Assembly (NCBI GenBank): GCA_031409275.1
Contig: JANNXA010000007.1
Location: 32,001-96,000, forward strand
DNA: 64,000 bases
Source: Planctomycetota bacterium
GTDB lineage: Bacteria; Planctomycetota; B15-G4; SIAN01
Reading direction: 5' to 3'
Each line of letters opens with the position of its first letter. Positions within the stretch are counted from its first letter, which is position 1. Under the pieces are notes generated by a model, which worked only from the letters and a program-made list of their open reading frames with translations, had not been told where the DNA came from and ran no database searches. This document shows, piece after piece, positions 53,991-63,551 of the stretch. Made by a program: the position numbers and the translations under genes.

Positions 53991-55265
53991 CTACGGCGGT
54001 GCGCCGCTCTTGCCGCCCGCCTCGCCCGGCCTCTGCACTTCCGCCAGCAGCTCCTTCACCTTCGCCGCCATCGCCTCGTCGCGCAGGTCCTTCGCGCGGA
54101 TCACGCCTTTGGCATCGACGATGTAGATCGTCGGCCAACCGCTGACGTTCCACGCGCTCGCGATCGGGCCCGACGTGTTGCCGCCGTCCCAGAAGCTGCG
54201 CCAGGAGATGCCCTCCTTGACCATCGCGTCGCGCAGCACGTCCTTCGGATCGCTGTTGATGCCGACCAGGGCGAACGGCGCATCCTTCAGTTCAGCCACG
54301 AGCGACCGCTCGTGCGGGATCATGGCCCGGCAAGGGCCTCACCAGAAACCCCAGAAGTCGAGCACGACCACCTTGCCGCGGTAGTCCGACAGCTTGAACT
54401 TCACGCCGTCGAGGTCTTCGCCCTCGATCTCCGGCGCCACCTTGCCGATCTGCAGGTTGCGCAGCTCGAACAGCTGCGCCTCCGCCATCTTCCCGAGCGA
54501 ACCGCGCCGCGGATGCGACACGTCGGCGAACTCCTTCGTCACCTTCTCGAACAGCGCCTCGCTCGCGGCGGTGTCGGCGGCGACGTCGGACTGCTCGAGG
54601 AAGGCGATGAACTCGTCCCCGTAATACTGGCGATAGCTCGGGCCCTGCTCCGCGTCGGCCTTGATGCTCTCCCAGCGTTCGCGCAGGCTCGCGTGGCTGG
54701 CGAGTCGCCACGCCAGCGTGATCGTCGCGAAGCCCTGCACGTCGTGGTGCGGGCTGCTCGCGATGACGGCGCGCAGGAACGGCTCGACCTTCATCGAGTT
54801 GGGGCCGTAGCGCAGCGACCCGATCAGGTCCGCGAGCGCCGGGCTCGCCAGATGGTCGGCCTGCAGCGTGTCGAGGATCTGCTCCGCGACCGCGCGTTCC
54901 TGATTCTGGCGCAGCACCCAGGTGAAGCACTCGATCGCGAGCGGATCGCCCTTCGCCTGCTGCCCGATCGCCAGGATGCGCGGCACGTACTCCGCCGCCT
55001 CGGGATAGCTCTCGGCGACCTTCTGCTTTTCCTCGTCGCTGGTCGCCGCCTTGTAGCGCGCGGAGAAGTCGTTCTGCTTCTTCATGTACTCGTCGCGCAA
55101 CGCGACGAACTGCTCGCGCAACGACTCGACCGTCGTTGCCGCCGCGGCTCGAGCGGCCGGCGTCTCCGCAGCGGGTGCGACCGGAACGGGCGGTGCGCCT
55201 TGTTGGGGAGGCGCGGCAATCGGCACCGCGCACGCCAGCAACGCGCCCTGCATCCATCGAACCAT
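53991..55265 (-). CDS. Exported TlpA/ResA-like thiol-disulfide oxidoreductase; probable selenoprotein (UGA = Sec at 54339-54341, residue 309 of 424)
   Basis: ORFs 54339..55526 and 53991..54323 are the same frame, joined by TGG-TGA-GGC-CCT-TGC (W-U-G-P-C). APEIEGEDLDG...LSDYRGKVVVLDFW precedes it and WNVSGWPTIYIVDAKGVIR follows. AGGAGG SD before ATG 55265. Confidence 0.9.
54297..54338 (-). promoter_or_regulatory. Candidate bacterial SECIS element
   Basis: Directly 3' of the UGA: hairpin GGCCC-TTGCC-GGGCC, then CACGAGC-GGTC-GCTCGTG with a G-led loop 32 nt after the UGA. Confidence 0.7.
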
Positions 55266-55372
55266 CGGCGGGTCCTCCTGCTTCGAATGAACGGTCCGCA
55301 GTATGGCGTCGCGCACCGGTCCGTACACTCGGCGCGCGTCTCCCCTCGATCGCCACCGGAAAGCCGAACTCG

Positions 55373-58252
55373 ATGCCGACACTCGCGATTGCATCCGTCT
55401 ATTTCGGCGTCGTCGCCATGCATGCGCAGGAGGCCCCTCGTCGCATCCGCCTCTTCGATCGCCTGATCGACGAGTCGCCCGCGATCGCGCCCGCCGCGGA
55501 GCCCTCCACCGCGACCTCGCTGGCACTCGGCTTCGAGCCCGACTTCGCGCGACCCGCGTGGCTCGCGCGTCGGATCGGCCGCGACGCCCGCTTCGAGGCC
55601 GGCGCCTGGTCGCTCGCGACGCTGACCGCGGAGAGCGGCGTCACCGGCGGCGCGCTGCGCCTCGGGCCGAACCTGCAAGAGGACGGCAGCTTCCTCTCGT
55701 TCCTCCTCGATGCGAAGCCGCTGACCCGCTACGTGCTGCGCGGCCGCGTCCGGCTCGTCGGCCATCCAGCCCCGGACGAGGCGAGCTCGCGCGAGGTCGC
55801 CCGCCTGCTCGAGCATCTCGGCACGTTCGCCGACCCGAGCCGCTTCGCCCGTTTCGCGCCGACGCTGATCGAGACCCATCGCGCGACCCGGCAGCGCGAC
55901 CCGGGCGACTGGGATCGCTTCGAGATCGAGATCCCGTTGACCAACGCGAGCACCGGCAAGCTCGAGATCCGGCTGCTCCATCGCAGCGGCGGCAGCACCG
56001 AGGCGTCCACGTGGTTCGATGACCTGGTCCTGAGCGAGCAGCCGCTGGCGGACGCCGATGTGCTGGCGGACATGGTCGCCGGACTGCGCGCCACCGATCG
56101 CGACGCCGCCAGCACGCCGTGGCGGTTGCGCGTCACGCTGCCCGACGATGGCGGCGTGAAGGAGACGACGCGCGATGCGGCGCTCCTGCTGCCGGGTCGG
56201 CGACTCGAGTTCGAGCTGGCGCTGCCGGAGGTCGCCGCAGCGCCGCAGTTGCGATTCAGCTACGCGATGTTGCCGGGGTGCTTCGCGATTCCCGGCGACG
56301 GCGCGCGCATCGACGCGCTCTTCACGCCAAGCGACGGGCCGGCGATCGCGCTCGGCTCGTTCCAGTTCGACCCGAAGAACGATCCGACGGAGCGCTGCTG
56401 GTTGCACGCGCGCGTCGACCTGACGCCGATGGCGGGACGCCGCGGCAAGCTCGCCTTCGTCTGCAGCGACGTCGGCGAACCCGATCGCCTCGACGCGGTC
56501 GTCGTGGCCAACCCGCGGATCGAACCGCGCGAGGAGGCGCCGGCCGGCATGAACGTGCTGGTCATCGCTTCGGACACGCTGCGCGCCGATCGTCTCTCCG
56601 CATTCGGCTACGACCGTCCGACCACGCCCAACCTCGAGGCGCTCGCCAGCCACGCGATCCTCTTCATGCAGGCGCGATCGCAAGCGCCGTGGACGCTGCC
56701 GAGCTTCAGCTCCATCCTCACGTCGCAGTACCCGTCCGAGCACGGCGCCGGCCGCGGCGGCCACGACGAATGGACGCCGCTCGCGCCGGGCGTGACGACG
56801 CTGGCCGGCACGCTGGCGCGCGCGGGCTACGAGACGGTCGGCATCACCGCGAACCACCTCATCTCGCCCGACTACGGCCTCGACCAGGGTTTCGAGAGCT
56901 ACGCGGTGCCGGGCGAAGTCGAGTGGCAGCGACTCGGTCTCGAGTCGGTCGAACTCGATGCGCCGCTGGTGGTGCAGTTCCTCGAACAGCACCGCACGAC
57001 GCCCTTCTTCCTCTTCTGGCACTTGATGGACCCGCACCTGCCCTACACGACCGACGCGGCGCTGCGGCGGGAGTTCACCGCCGCCGACTACGACGGCCGC
57101 TTCAAGGGCCGCGATCGCGAGGTGCCGTTCGAAGTGCTCGATCCGCGGCCGGGGCGCCGCTGGTTCACCCACGAGGGGCCGCCCAAGCCGCCGCCGCTCA
57201 CCGTCGCCGATCAGCAATTCGTCAGCGACTACTACGACGCCGAGGTCGCGCAGATCGATCGCGCGATCGGCACCGTGATCGACACGCTGAAGCGCGCCGG
57301 ACTGTGGGAGCGCACGATCGTCGCGCTGGTGGCGGACCATGGCGAGGGGCTCGGCGACCACGGCCACTACCACCACGGTTACACGCTCTTCGACGATCAG
57401 GTGCACATCCCGCTGTTGGTGCGCGTGCCCGGAATGCACGAAGGCAGCAGCCGCGAGGAGCCGGTGCAGTCGATCGATCTGGCGCCGACGCTGCTGGCCG
57501 CGGTGGGGCTGCCGCAGCCGGAGAGCTTCGCCGGCTGCGACCTGCTGGCGCAGCGCGGTCGCGGCGAGCGACCGGTCTTCCTCGAATACCCGAGCTACGA
57601 CAGCTCGGCGGAGAAGGGGCTGCTGCAGGGTCGCTTCAAGTACCTGCACGACCCCTGGTTCCACACCGAGGCGCTCTACGACGTCGTCGCCGATCCCGGC
57701 GAGAAGCGCGACGTGAAGGCCGACCACCCCGACGTCGTCGCCCGCTCGCGCGAGCAGCTCGACGCCTTCCGCTGGGAGCACCTGCAGCGCGGCCGCTTCC
57801 ATCTGCGCGTGCACGGAAAGCCCGGCGCGAAGCTGCGCGTGGCGCTCGCCACCGACGACCTCTTCGATGCCAACTTCGCCGCCCGCCCCGCACCTTCCGA
57901 ACGCGACTTCACGCTCGACCTCGACCGTCGCCACCTCGTGCTCGAAACGACGCTGACGAGCGAGCGATTCGAGCTGGTCTGCTGGTGCCGCGGCAGCGAG
58001 CTGACCCTCGACGTGACGCTGGACGGCGCAGCGCTGGAGCACGGCGTGCGCCTCGGCTCGACGCTCGAGTCGCAGCCGTCGCCGCTGCGGCTCCCGCTCG
58101 CGGCGATTCCCGCGCTCGCGGGCGCGACGCTCGAACCGCCCAAGCGCGGCGAGGCGCTCTTCTGGCTCGAGCCGGGAGGCGGTAACGCGGCTCCGGTCGT
58201 GCCGTCACCCGCCGAGCTCGAATTGCTGCGCAAGCTCGGCTACGCGCACTGA
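55373..58252 (+). CDS. Large secreted sulfatase-like protein with N-terminal beta-sandwich domains
   Basis: NVLVIASDTLRADRL, WTLPSFSSILTS, DPHLPY, ADHGEG, HGYTL; C-terminal LRKLGY. Start position approximate. Confidence 0.85.
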   Translation: MPTLAIASVYFGVVAMHAQEAPRRIRLFDRLIDESPAIAPAAEPSTATSLALGFEPDFARPAWLARRIGRDARFEAGAWSLATLTAESGVTGGALRLGPNLQEDGSFLSFLLDAKPLTRYVLRGRVRLVGHPAPDEASSREVARLLEHLGTFADPSRFARFAPTLIETHRATRQRDPGDWDRFEIEIPLTNASTGKLEIRLLHRSGGSTEASTWFDDLVLSEQPLADADVLADMVAGLRATDRDAASTPWRLRVTLPDDGGVKETTRDAALLLPGRRLEFELALPEVAAAPQLRFSYAMLPGCFAIPGDGARIDALFTPSDGPAIALGSFQFDPKNDPTERCWLHARVDLTPMAGRRGKLAFVCSDVGEPDRLDAVVVANPRIEPREEAPAGMNVLVIASDTLRADRLSAFGYDRPTTPNLEALASHAILFMQARSQAPWTLPSFSSILTSQYPSEHGAGRGGHDEWTPLAPGVTTLAGTLARAGYETVGITANHLISPDYGLDQGFESYAVPGEVEWQRLGLESVELDAPLVVQFLEQHRTTPFFLFWHLMDPHLPYTTDAALRREFTAADYDGRFKGRDREVPFEVLDPRPGRRWFTHEGPPKPPPLTVADQQFVSDYYDAEVAQIDRAIGTVIDTLKRAGLWERTIVALVADHGEGLGDHGHYHHGYTLFDDQVHIPLLVRVPGMHEGSSREEPVQSIDLAPTLLAAVGLPQPESFAGCDLLAQRGRGERPVFLEYPSYDSSAEKGLLQGRFKYLHDPWFHTEALYDVVADPGEKRDVKADHPDVVARSREQLDAFRWEHLQRGRFHLRVHGKPGAKLRVALATDDLFDANFAARPAPSERDFTLDLDRRHLVLETTLTSERFELVCWCRGSELTLDVTLDGAALEHGVRLGSTLESQPSPLRLPLAAIPALAGATLEPPKRGEALFWLEPGGGNAAPVVPSPAELELLRKLGYAH

Positions 58253-58273
58253 CCCGTTCCTGAGGAGCGTCCG

Positions 58274-59041
58274 TTGCCCCACCTGCTGATCTGCGCGACG
58301 CAACGAAGCGGCAGCACGCTCGTCGCCGAGCTGCTGGCGCAGACGGGAGTGGCCGGCTTCCCCGACGAGTTCCTGCTGCTGTGGCTGCGCGATCGGCAGC
58401 GCACGGAAGCGGCGTTCTGGCTCGAGACGATCCAGCGCACCGTCGACGCCGGCATGACGAAGAACGGCGTCTTCAGCTGCAAGGTGATGGCGAACTACTT
58501 CGTCGAGGCGATGGACCTGCTGCGCGCGATCCCCGGTGGCGAGGGACTCGACGCCTGGCAGATCGCGACGCGGGCGTTCGTCGGGCCGCAGGTGATCCGG
58601 GTGCGCCGCCGCGAGCGGCTGCGGCAGGCGATCTCGATCTACATCGCCGAATCGACGGGCATCTACCACATGGCTCGACGCAGCGGGGCGAGCGACCCGT
58701 TCCTGCGCGGCGCGCTGGCGCCGCCGCGAGCCGACCACGGTGGCGACGTCGCCTTCGACTTCGAGCGCATCCGTTCGCATCTCGCCGGGATCGAGACCGG
58801 CGAGCGCTATTGGGACGAGACCTTCGCGCGCCACCACGTGCGCCCCTTCGAAGTGATCTACGAAGAGTTCGTCCGCGATCGCCGCGCGCAGGTGCTGGCG
58901 ATGCTCGACTTCATGCGCGTCACCTACGACCCGGCGCGGATCACCCTCGACGAGCACCTCGACCGCCTCTCGAACGCCACCAACGAGCGCTTCCTCGACC
59001 TCTATCGCGAGGAAGAGGCGCGGCGATCACCACACCTGTAG
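58274..59041 (+). CDS. Stf0/NodH-like sulfotransferase
   Basis: CATQRSGSTL PAPS-binding loop, GFPDEF, TKNGVFSCK, RQAIS, VIYEE. GAGGAG SD and TTG start. Confidence 0.9.
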   Translation: MPHLLICATQRSGSTLVAELLAQTGVAGFPDEFLLLWLRDRQRTEAAFWLETIQRTVDAGMTKNGVFSCKVMANYFVEAMDLLRAIPGGEGLDAWQIATRAFVGPQVIRVRRRERLRQAISIYIAESTGIYHMARRSGASDPFLRGALAPPRADHGGDVAFDFERIRSHLAGIETGERYWDETFARHHVRPFEVIYEEFVRDRRAQVLAMLDFMRVTYDPARITLDEHLDRLSNATNERFLDLYREEEARRSPHL

Positions 59042-59213
59042 CGGCGCGCCCCTCGTCGCCGCCGGGTCCGCCCCCCTCGTCGACCAGGGCGCAGCCGACG
59101 AAGGTGACGTCGGCTCGAAGACGCTAGGTAATCTCCCTCGCTCGAATTTCGCGCGGCGGCGACCTCGAACGGCCGTCCCGAGCCTCCCCCTCGTCTGCTC
59201 AAAGGATCTGACC

Positions 59214-59663
59214 ATGAAGCACCTGAACTTCGGCGCGCTCGCGCTGGCCACGCTGCTGTCGGCGAACGCCTGCTCGAAGGAAGGCACCGAAGGCGGCGGC
59301 GGCGGCAGCTTCGTCTCGGCGGCGAAGGGCGCTCTCGACGACGCGTCGAAGAAGCTCGCCACGCTCGACCTTGGCAGTCTCAAGCCGGCGGAGCTGATCG
59401 AGAAGGCCAAGTCGATGACTGGCGACCTGTCGACGCAACTCGCCGGCATCAAGGACTCGGCGACCGCGAAAGAGATCGTCGCCAAGGTGTCGCCGCTGCT
59501 CGACCAGCTGATCGGCGCGAAGAACACGCTGATGGCGCAGCACTTCGACATGAGCGGCCTGAAGGCGGCGGGCGAGCAGCTGCTCGCCAAGTTCAAGGGC
59601 GACGCTGGCGTGATGGGAATCGTGCAGCCGCTGCTCGACAAGATCACGGCCCTGACCGGCTGA
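59214..59663 (+). CDS. Hypothetical helical lipoprotein
   Basis: AAAGGA SD, lipobox SANAC, Lys/Ala-rich helical body, strong codon bias. Confidence 0.8.
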   Translation: MKHLNFGALALATLLSANACSKEGTEGGGGGSFVSAAKGALDDASKKLATLDLGSLKPAELIEKAKSMTGDLSTQLAGIKDSATAKEIVAKVSPLLDQLIGAKNTLMAQHFDMSGLKAAGEQLLAKFKGDAGVMGIVQPLLDKITALTG

Positions 59664-59689
59664 GCGAGCCGCCGCGAACCGCACGAATG

Positions 59690-59733
59690 AAAAAGGGCCG
59701 GCCGCAGCGCCAGTGAAGGCGCCGCGGCCGGCC
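59690..59733 (-). terminator. Rho-independent terminator of the S8 peptidase gene (possibly bidirectional)
   Basis: ~16-bp GC stem (59696-59711 / 59718-59733) followed on the minus strand by a T5 run; lies between convergent genes. Confidence 0.75.
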
Positions 59734-59758
59734 TGCTCATTTCATCGAGCGGTCGCGG

Positions 59759-62700
59759 CTACTGCGCGCCGAGCGACAGCGTCCAGCTGTTCAACTTGCC
59801 GGTGTCGCTTGCGGCGAGGTCCCGCACTTTCAGCGTCCAGTTGCCGGCGATGCTCTTGCCGGTGAAGGCGGAGAGCGAGCCCGCGGGCGCCGTCAGGTCG
59901 GGGTACTCGGTCTGGATGTTGTCGGCCGCTCCGCCGGTGCGATTGTGCAGCAGCACCGTCGTCCCGTCGGGCGCGATCAACGACACCTCGAGGTCGCCCT
60001 TGTAGGTGTGGGTGATGTCGACCTTCACCTTCACGCTGGCCACGGTGCCCGTCTGGCTGAAGGTCATCGGGCTCGACACGCCCGTCGTGTTGTTGTCAGG
60101 AATCGACAGGTTGGGGGCCAGCGACTGCTCGCCGTTGAACGTGATCGTCCACGACACGAGCGTCCCGGTATCCGTCGCCGCCAGGTCGCGCACCTTGAGG
60201 CTCCAGTTGCCCGAGGTGTTCTTGCCGTTGAACGCGGTCAGCGCGGCAAAGGGTGCCGTGGCCACCGCAAAGGTCGTCTTGATGTGGTCGGTCGCGCCGC
60301 CGGTCCGGTTGTGCACGATCACCGTCGTCCCGTCCGGCCCGATCAGCGACACTTCGAGGTCGCCCTTGTAGGTGTGCGTGATGTCGGTGGTCAGCGCGAT
60401 CGACGAGACCGTCAAGCTGTTGGAAACGTTGACCGTGCTGGTCACGCCGGTCGTGTTGTTGTCGGGGATCGCCACGTTCGGCGCGGTGGTGAAGGTCTTC
60501 ACCGGGTTGCCGCCGCCCGTTGCGTTGATGATCAGTTGCACGGTGGTCGAATGGACCAGGGCGCCGCTGGTGCCGGTGATCGTCACCGTGTGCGTGCCGG
60601 TGGTCGCCGTCGGCGTCGTCGTGACCGTCAACGTCGAGCTGCCGTTGGCGGCGATGGGATTCGGCGCGAAGGAGTAGGTCACTCCGCTGATGACCGGAGA
60701 AGCCGCCAGCGAAACGCTGCCAGCGAAGCCGTTGCTGGGCGTGCTGGTCGCCGTGTAGGTCGTCGACTGCCCCTGCGTGATCGTTCGCGAAGCGGGCGTC
60801 GCCGTCAGCGCGAAGTCCGGCGGCGGCGCACCCGCCGTCGCGTTGTAGACCACGAGCGCGAAGTCTTGGTCCGTGGTGTCGGCGTTGCCCGGCACGCCAT
60901 CGCCCGCGATGTTGGTCGCGCGCACGGTGACCGAGATGGCGCCGGTGGTGCCGGCCGGCAGGAAGACGCTCTCGATGTTGTTGCGCAGGTCGGCGCTGCC
61001 GCCGGTGATCGACGTGCCCGCCGTGAAGACGTTGCCGCGATAGAGCGTTCCGTTGACCGTCACCTCGAGGTCGAGGTTGTTGACGTACGCGTTGCCGGTG
61101 GTCGGGCCTGGCGCATCGGTCCACGCCAGCGACACGCGCAGCGGCTGCGCGGAGTTGGCGACGTTGCCGGTCGTGGTGTAGGTGGCGCCGGTCGCGCCGA
61201 GCACCTGCGTCTCGTCGACCGTGATGCGCGACGTGGTGTCGAACGTGCGACCGAGGTCGACGCGGCCGTAGCCCTGATTGTTGGAAGGCAGGGTGTCGTT
61301 CGCGCCGACGCCCGTCATGTAGGCGGTGGTCGAAGTGAGGCACGCCTTCAGCATCGCCGGGCTCGGCGCCGGCAGCCCGTTGTTGAGGAACCACTGGCGC
61401 AGCAACGCGCACGCGCCCGAAATGGCCGGCGTCGAGTGGCTGGTGCCGGATGACCACGCATAGAGCGTCTGTCCGGCCGGCCAGTACTGATTGCAGACGC
61501 CCGAGCCGTTGTAGCCCACGGCGCGGCTCGCGGCGCCCTGGATGTGGGTACCCGGCGCCATGATGTCAGGCTTCTTGCGCGAGTCGGAGGTCGGCCCGCG
61601 CGACGAGAAGCTGATGATGTCCTTCGCGTTGTCCGCGCCCGAGTTCGCGATCGCACAGCCATCGGTGCCGGTGAGGCGGTAGTTCTCCGAGGCGCCGATC
61701 GTGAAGACGTTCTTCGCGGTGCCGGGCGGATGGATGGTCGACGCGCCCGAGCCGTCGTTGCCGGCCGCGAAGACGATCGCCATCGACTGGTTGCCGGCCG
61801 TGCCGCTCACCGAGTCGCGCACCGCCGCGTCATGCGCCTGGCTGTCGCTGTTGTAGGTGGTGCCGCTGGTGTAGCCCCACGAGTTGGACGAGATGCGCGC
61901 GCCGGCGTTCCACGCGTTGGCCATGCGGGTCGGCGTCGATTGATTGAAGACGCCCGCGCCCGCGTTGGAGAAGACCTTGGAGTTGCCGATCTTGACCCAC
62001 GGCGCGACGCCGAGTCCGTAGTTGAAGCCGCTCGCATCTTCGGCGGAGCTGCCAGTGAGATCGTTGTAGCCGCCAATGATCGAGGCGTTGATGTTGCCGT
62101 GGCCAGCCTGGCTGTCGCCGAGCGGGTCGCCCGAGTAGTTGTTGGTGAAGACGAAACGGCTCGCGCCGGTCGACACGCCATCGACGCGGTACTCGACGTT
62201 GATGTCGGTCAGACTGCCCTTGTCGACACCGTCATCCACGACGTCGACCGAGAAGCTGAACGGGTTGGCACCGGCACCCGGAAAGCCGAGTCCCTGCAGC
62301 CAGCTCAGGTAACCCGGTCCGGTCGGCTGCGTGCCCGCCGCGTTCAGGTTGCCCGCCATGATCTGGCCCTGCGCCTCGTCCAACAACATCGCATCGAGCT
62401 TCGGCTCGACCGCGAAGACGTGACTGTCGCGCGCCAGCGCCAGTGCCATCGCACCGCTGGTGTAGAGCTCGACGTTGATGTAGTCGAGCACGCGCCACGG
62501 ATCGCACAGCGACTGCTCGCGCGCGATGAGGCGATCCACAAACTCCTGCCCCTTCGCATCGGCGATCACCTGCACGATGATCCGCTGCAGCGCGTTCTCG
62601 AGCAGGAACGGCGGCCGCAACTCGGGGCGCAGCTTGAATGCCGGCTCGTAGGTGGAAATCGACAGCAGCCAGTCGTTCACGCGCAGCTTGCCGAGCGCCC

Positions 62701-63322
62701 CGTCGGAGAGCGGGTCGGTCACGACCACGTAGGCGTTGCTCGGCAGGTAGGAGACGAGGAAGGCACCGGTCGCGCGCAGCTGGTCGAGCCACGCATCCTT
62801 GACCGGGCCGTCGAACTGGACGATGCGCAGCCGGCGCTCGCCATCCGCGGGCGGCTCGACCGGGCCGCGCAGATCGGCGGGGATCGAGGCGAGGCGCGAG
62901 CGGGTGCCGGGGCGATCGGCGCCGTCCAGCACGAAGCCGTTGATCGGCACCAGCGTCTGCTCATCGGCGAGCTGAGCCCCCGCTGCAAGCCACTGAGCGA
63001 GGCTCAGGTCGAGCGAAGTGTCGACGAGCGCGTAGACGAAGGAGCCGTAGTCCTCGGCGCGCTCGACCGCGACGCTGGTCGCGAGTTGCTCGTGGGCGGA
63101 AGTGCCAAGCGGCGCCAACAAGCGATGGTGGTCGCCCTTCGCGACGAAACCGTCGGGGAGCGCCCCGCCGGTGGTCGCCTGGGCACCGAGCCCGTCCTGA
63201 GTCGACCCGAGGGCGACTCCTTGCGGCGGCGCAGTCGCGACCGCGGGTCTGGAACCAATCAACGGCGCGGCGCCCAACGCCAACAGTGCCGGAATGACCA
63301 ACATTCGCGAATCGCGACGCAT
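59759..63322 (-). CDS. Secreted S8 (subtilisin-like) serine peptidase with two C-terminal proprotein convertase P domains
   Basis: Catalytic D (VVDDGVD), H (GHGNINAS) and S (SGTSHSTP); FAAGND; FSSRGPT. Two IPDNNTTGV...THTYKGDL...GNWxLKVRD repeats. GGAGG SD. Confidence 0.94.
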   Translation of the reverse strand: MRRDSRMLVIPALLALGAAPLIGSRPAVATAPPQGVALGSTQDGLGAQATTGGALPDGFVAKGDHHRLLAPLGTSAHEQLATSVAVERAEDYGSFVYALVDTSLDLSLAQWLAAGAQLADEQTLVPINGFVLDGADRPGTRSRLASIPADLRGPVEPPADGERRLRIVQFDGPVKDAWLDQLRATGAFLVSYLPSNAYVVVTDPLSDGALGKLRVNDWLLSISTYEPAFKLRPELRPPFLLENALQRIIVQVIADAKGQEFVDRLIAREQSLCDPWRVLDYINVELYTSGAMALALARDSHVFAVEPKLDAMLLDEAQGQIMAGNLNAAGTQPTGPGYLSWLQGLGFPGAGANPFSFSVDVVDDGVDKGSLTDINVEYRVDGVSTGASRFVFTNNYSGDPLGDSQAGHGNINASIIGGYNDLTGSSAEDASGFNYGLGVAPWVKIGNSKVFSNAGAGVFNQSTPTRMANAWNAGARISSNSWGYTSGTTYNSDSQAHDAAVRDSVSGTAGNQSMAIVFAAGNDGSGASTIHPPGTAKNVFTIGASENYRLTGTDGCAIANSGADNAKDIISFSSRGPTSDSRKKPDIMAPGTHIQGAASRAVGYNGSGVCNQYWPAGQTLYAWSSGTSHSTPAISGACALLRQWFLNNGLPAPSPAMLKACLTSTTAYMTGVGANDTLPSNNQGYGRVDLGRTFDTTSRITVDETQVLGATGATYTTTGNVANSAQPLRVSLAWTDAPGPTTGNAYVNNLDLEVTVNGTLYRGNVFTAGTSITGGSADLRNNIESVFLPAGTTGAISVTVRATNIAGDGVPGNADTTDQDFALVVYNATAGAPPPDFALTATPASRTITQGQSTTYTATSTPSNGFAGSVSLAASPVISGVTYSFAPNPIAANGSSTLTVTTTPTATTGTHTVTITGTSGALVHSTTVQLIINATGGGNPVKTFTTAPNVAIPDNNTTGVTSTVNVSNSLTVSSIALTTDITHTYKGDLEVSLIGPDGTTVIVHNRTGGATDHIKTTFAVATAPFAALTAFNGKNTSGNWSLKVRDLAATDTGTLVSWTITFNGEQSLAPNLSIPDNNTTGVSSPMTFSQTGTVASVKVKVDITHTYKGDLEVSLIAPDGTTVLLHNRTGGAADNIQTEYPDLTAPAGSLSAFTGKSIAGNWTLKVRDLAASDTGKLNSWTLSLGAQ

Positions 63323-63551
63323 CTCTTCCTCCCGAGTGGGCGTCCGTTGACGCAGCGACTACCGATCCGCCTTCCCAAGCGGATTGTCTGGACCGACCGA
63401 ACGCTAGCCCGACCGCACTGCAGCCGACACCTTGCGAGTGATCGCCTCGGGTTCCATCGCCGTGGCAAAGCGCGGCCGATTTCGCGGTCGCTCGAATTCA
63501 ATGTCCAAGCAGCGGTGGCGAACGAGTCGGCGGCGGGCGAACTTGCCTCGC

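Noticed and set aside
63323..63551. c-di-GMP riboswitch upstream of the secreted S8 peptidase
   Set aside because: Some stems exist, but the class I and class II consensus elements were not found by eye.
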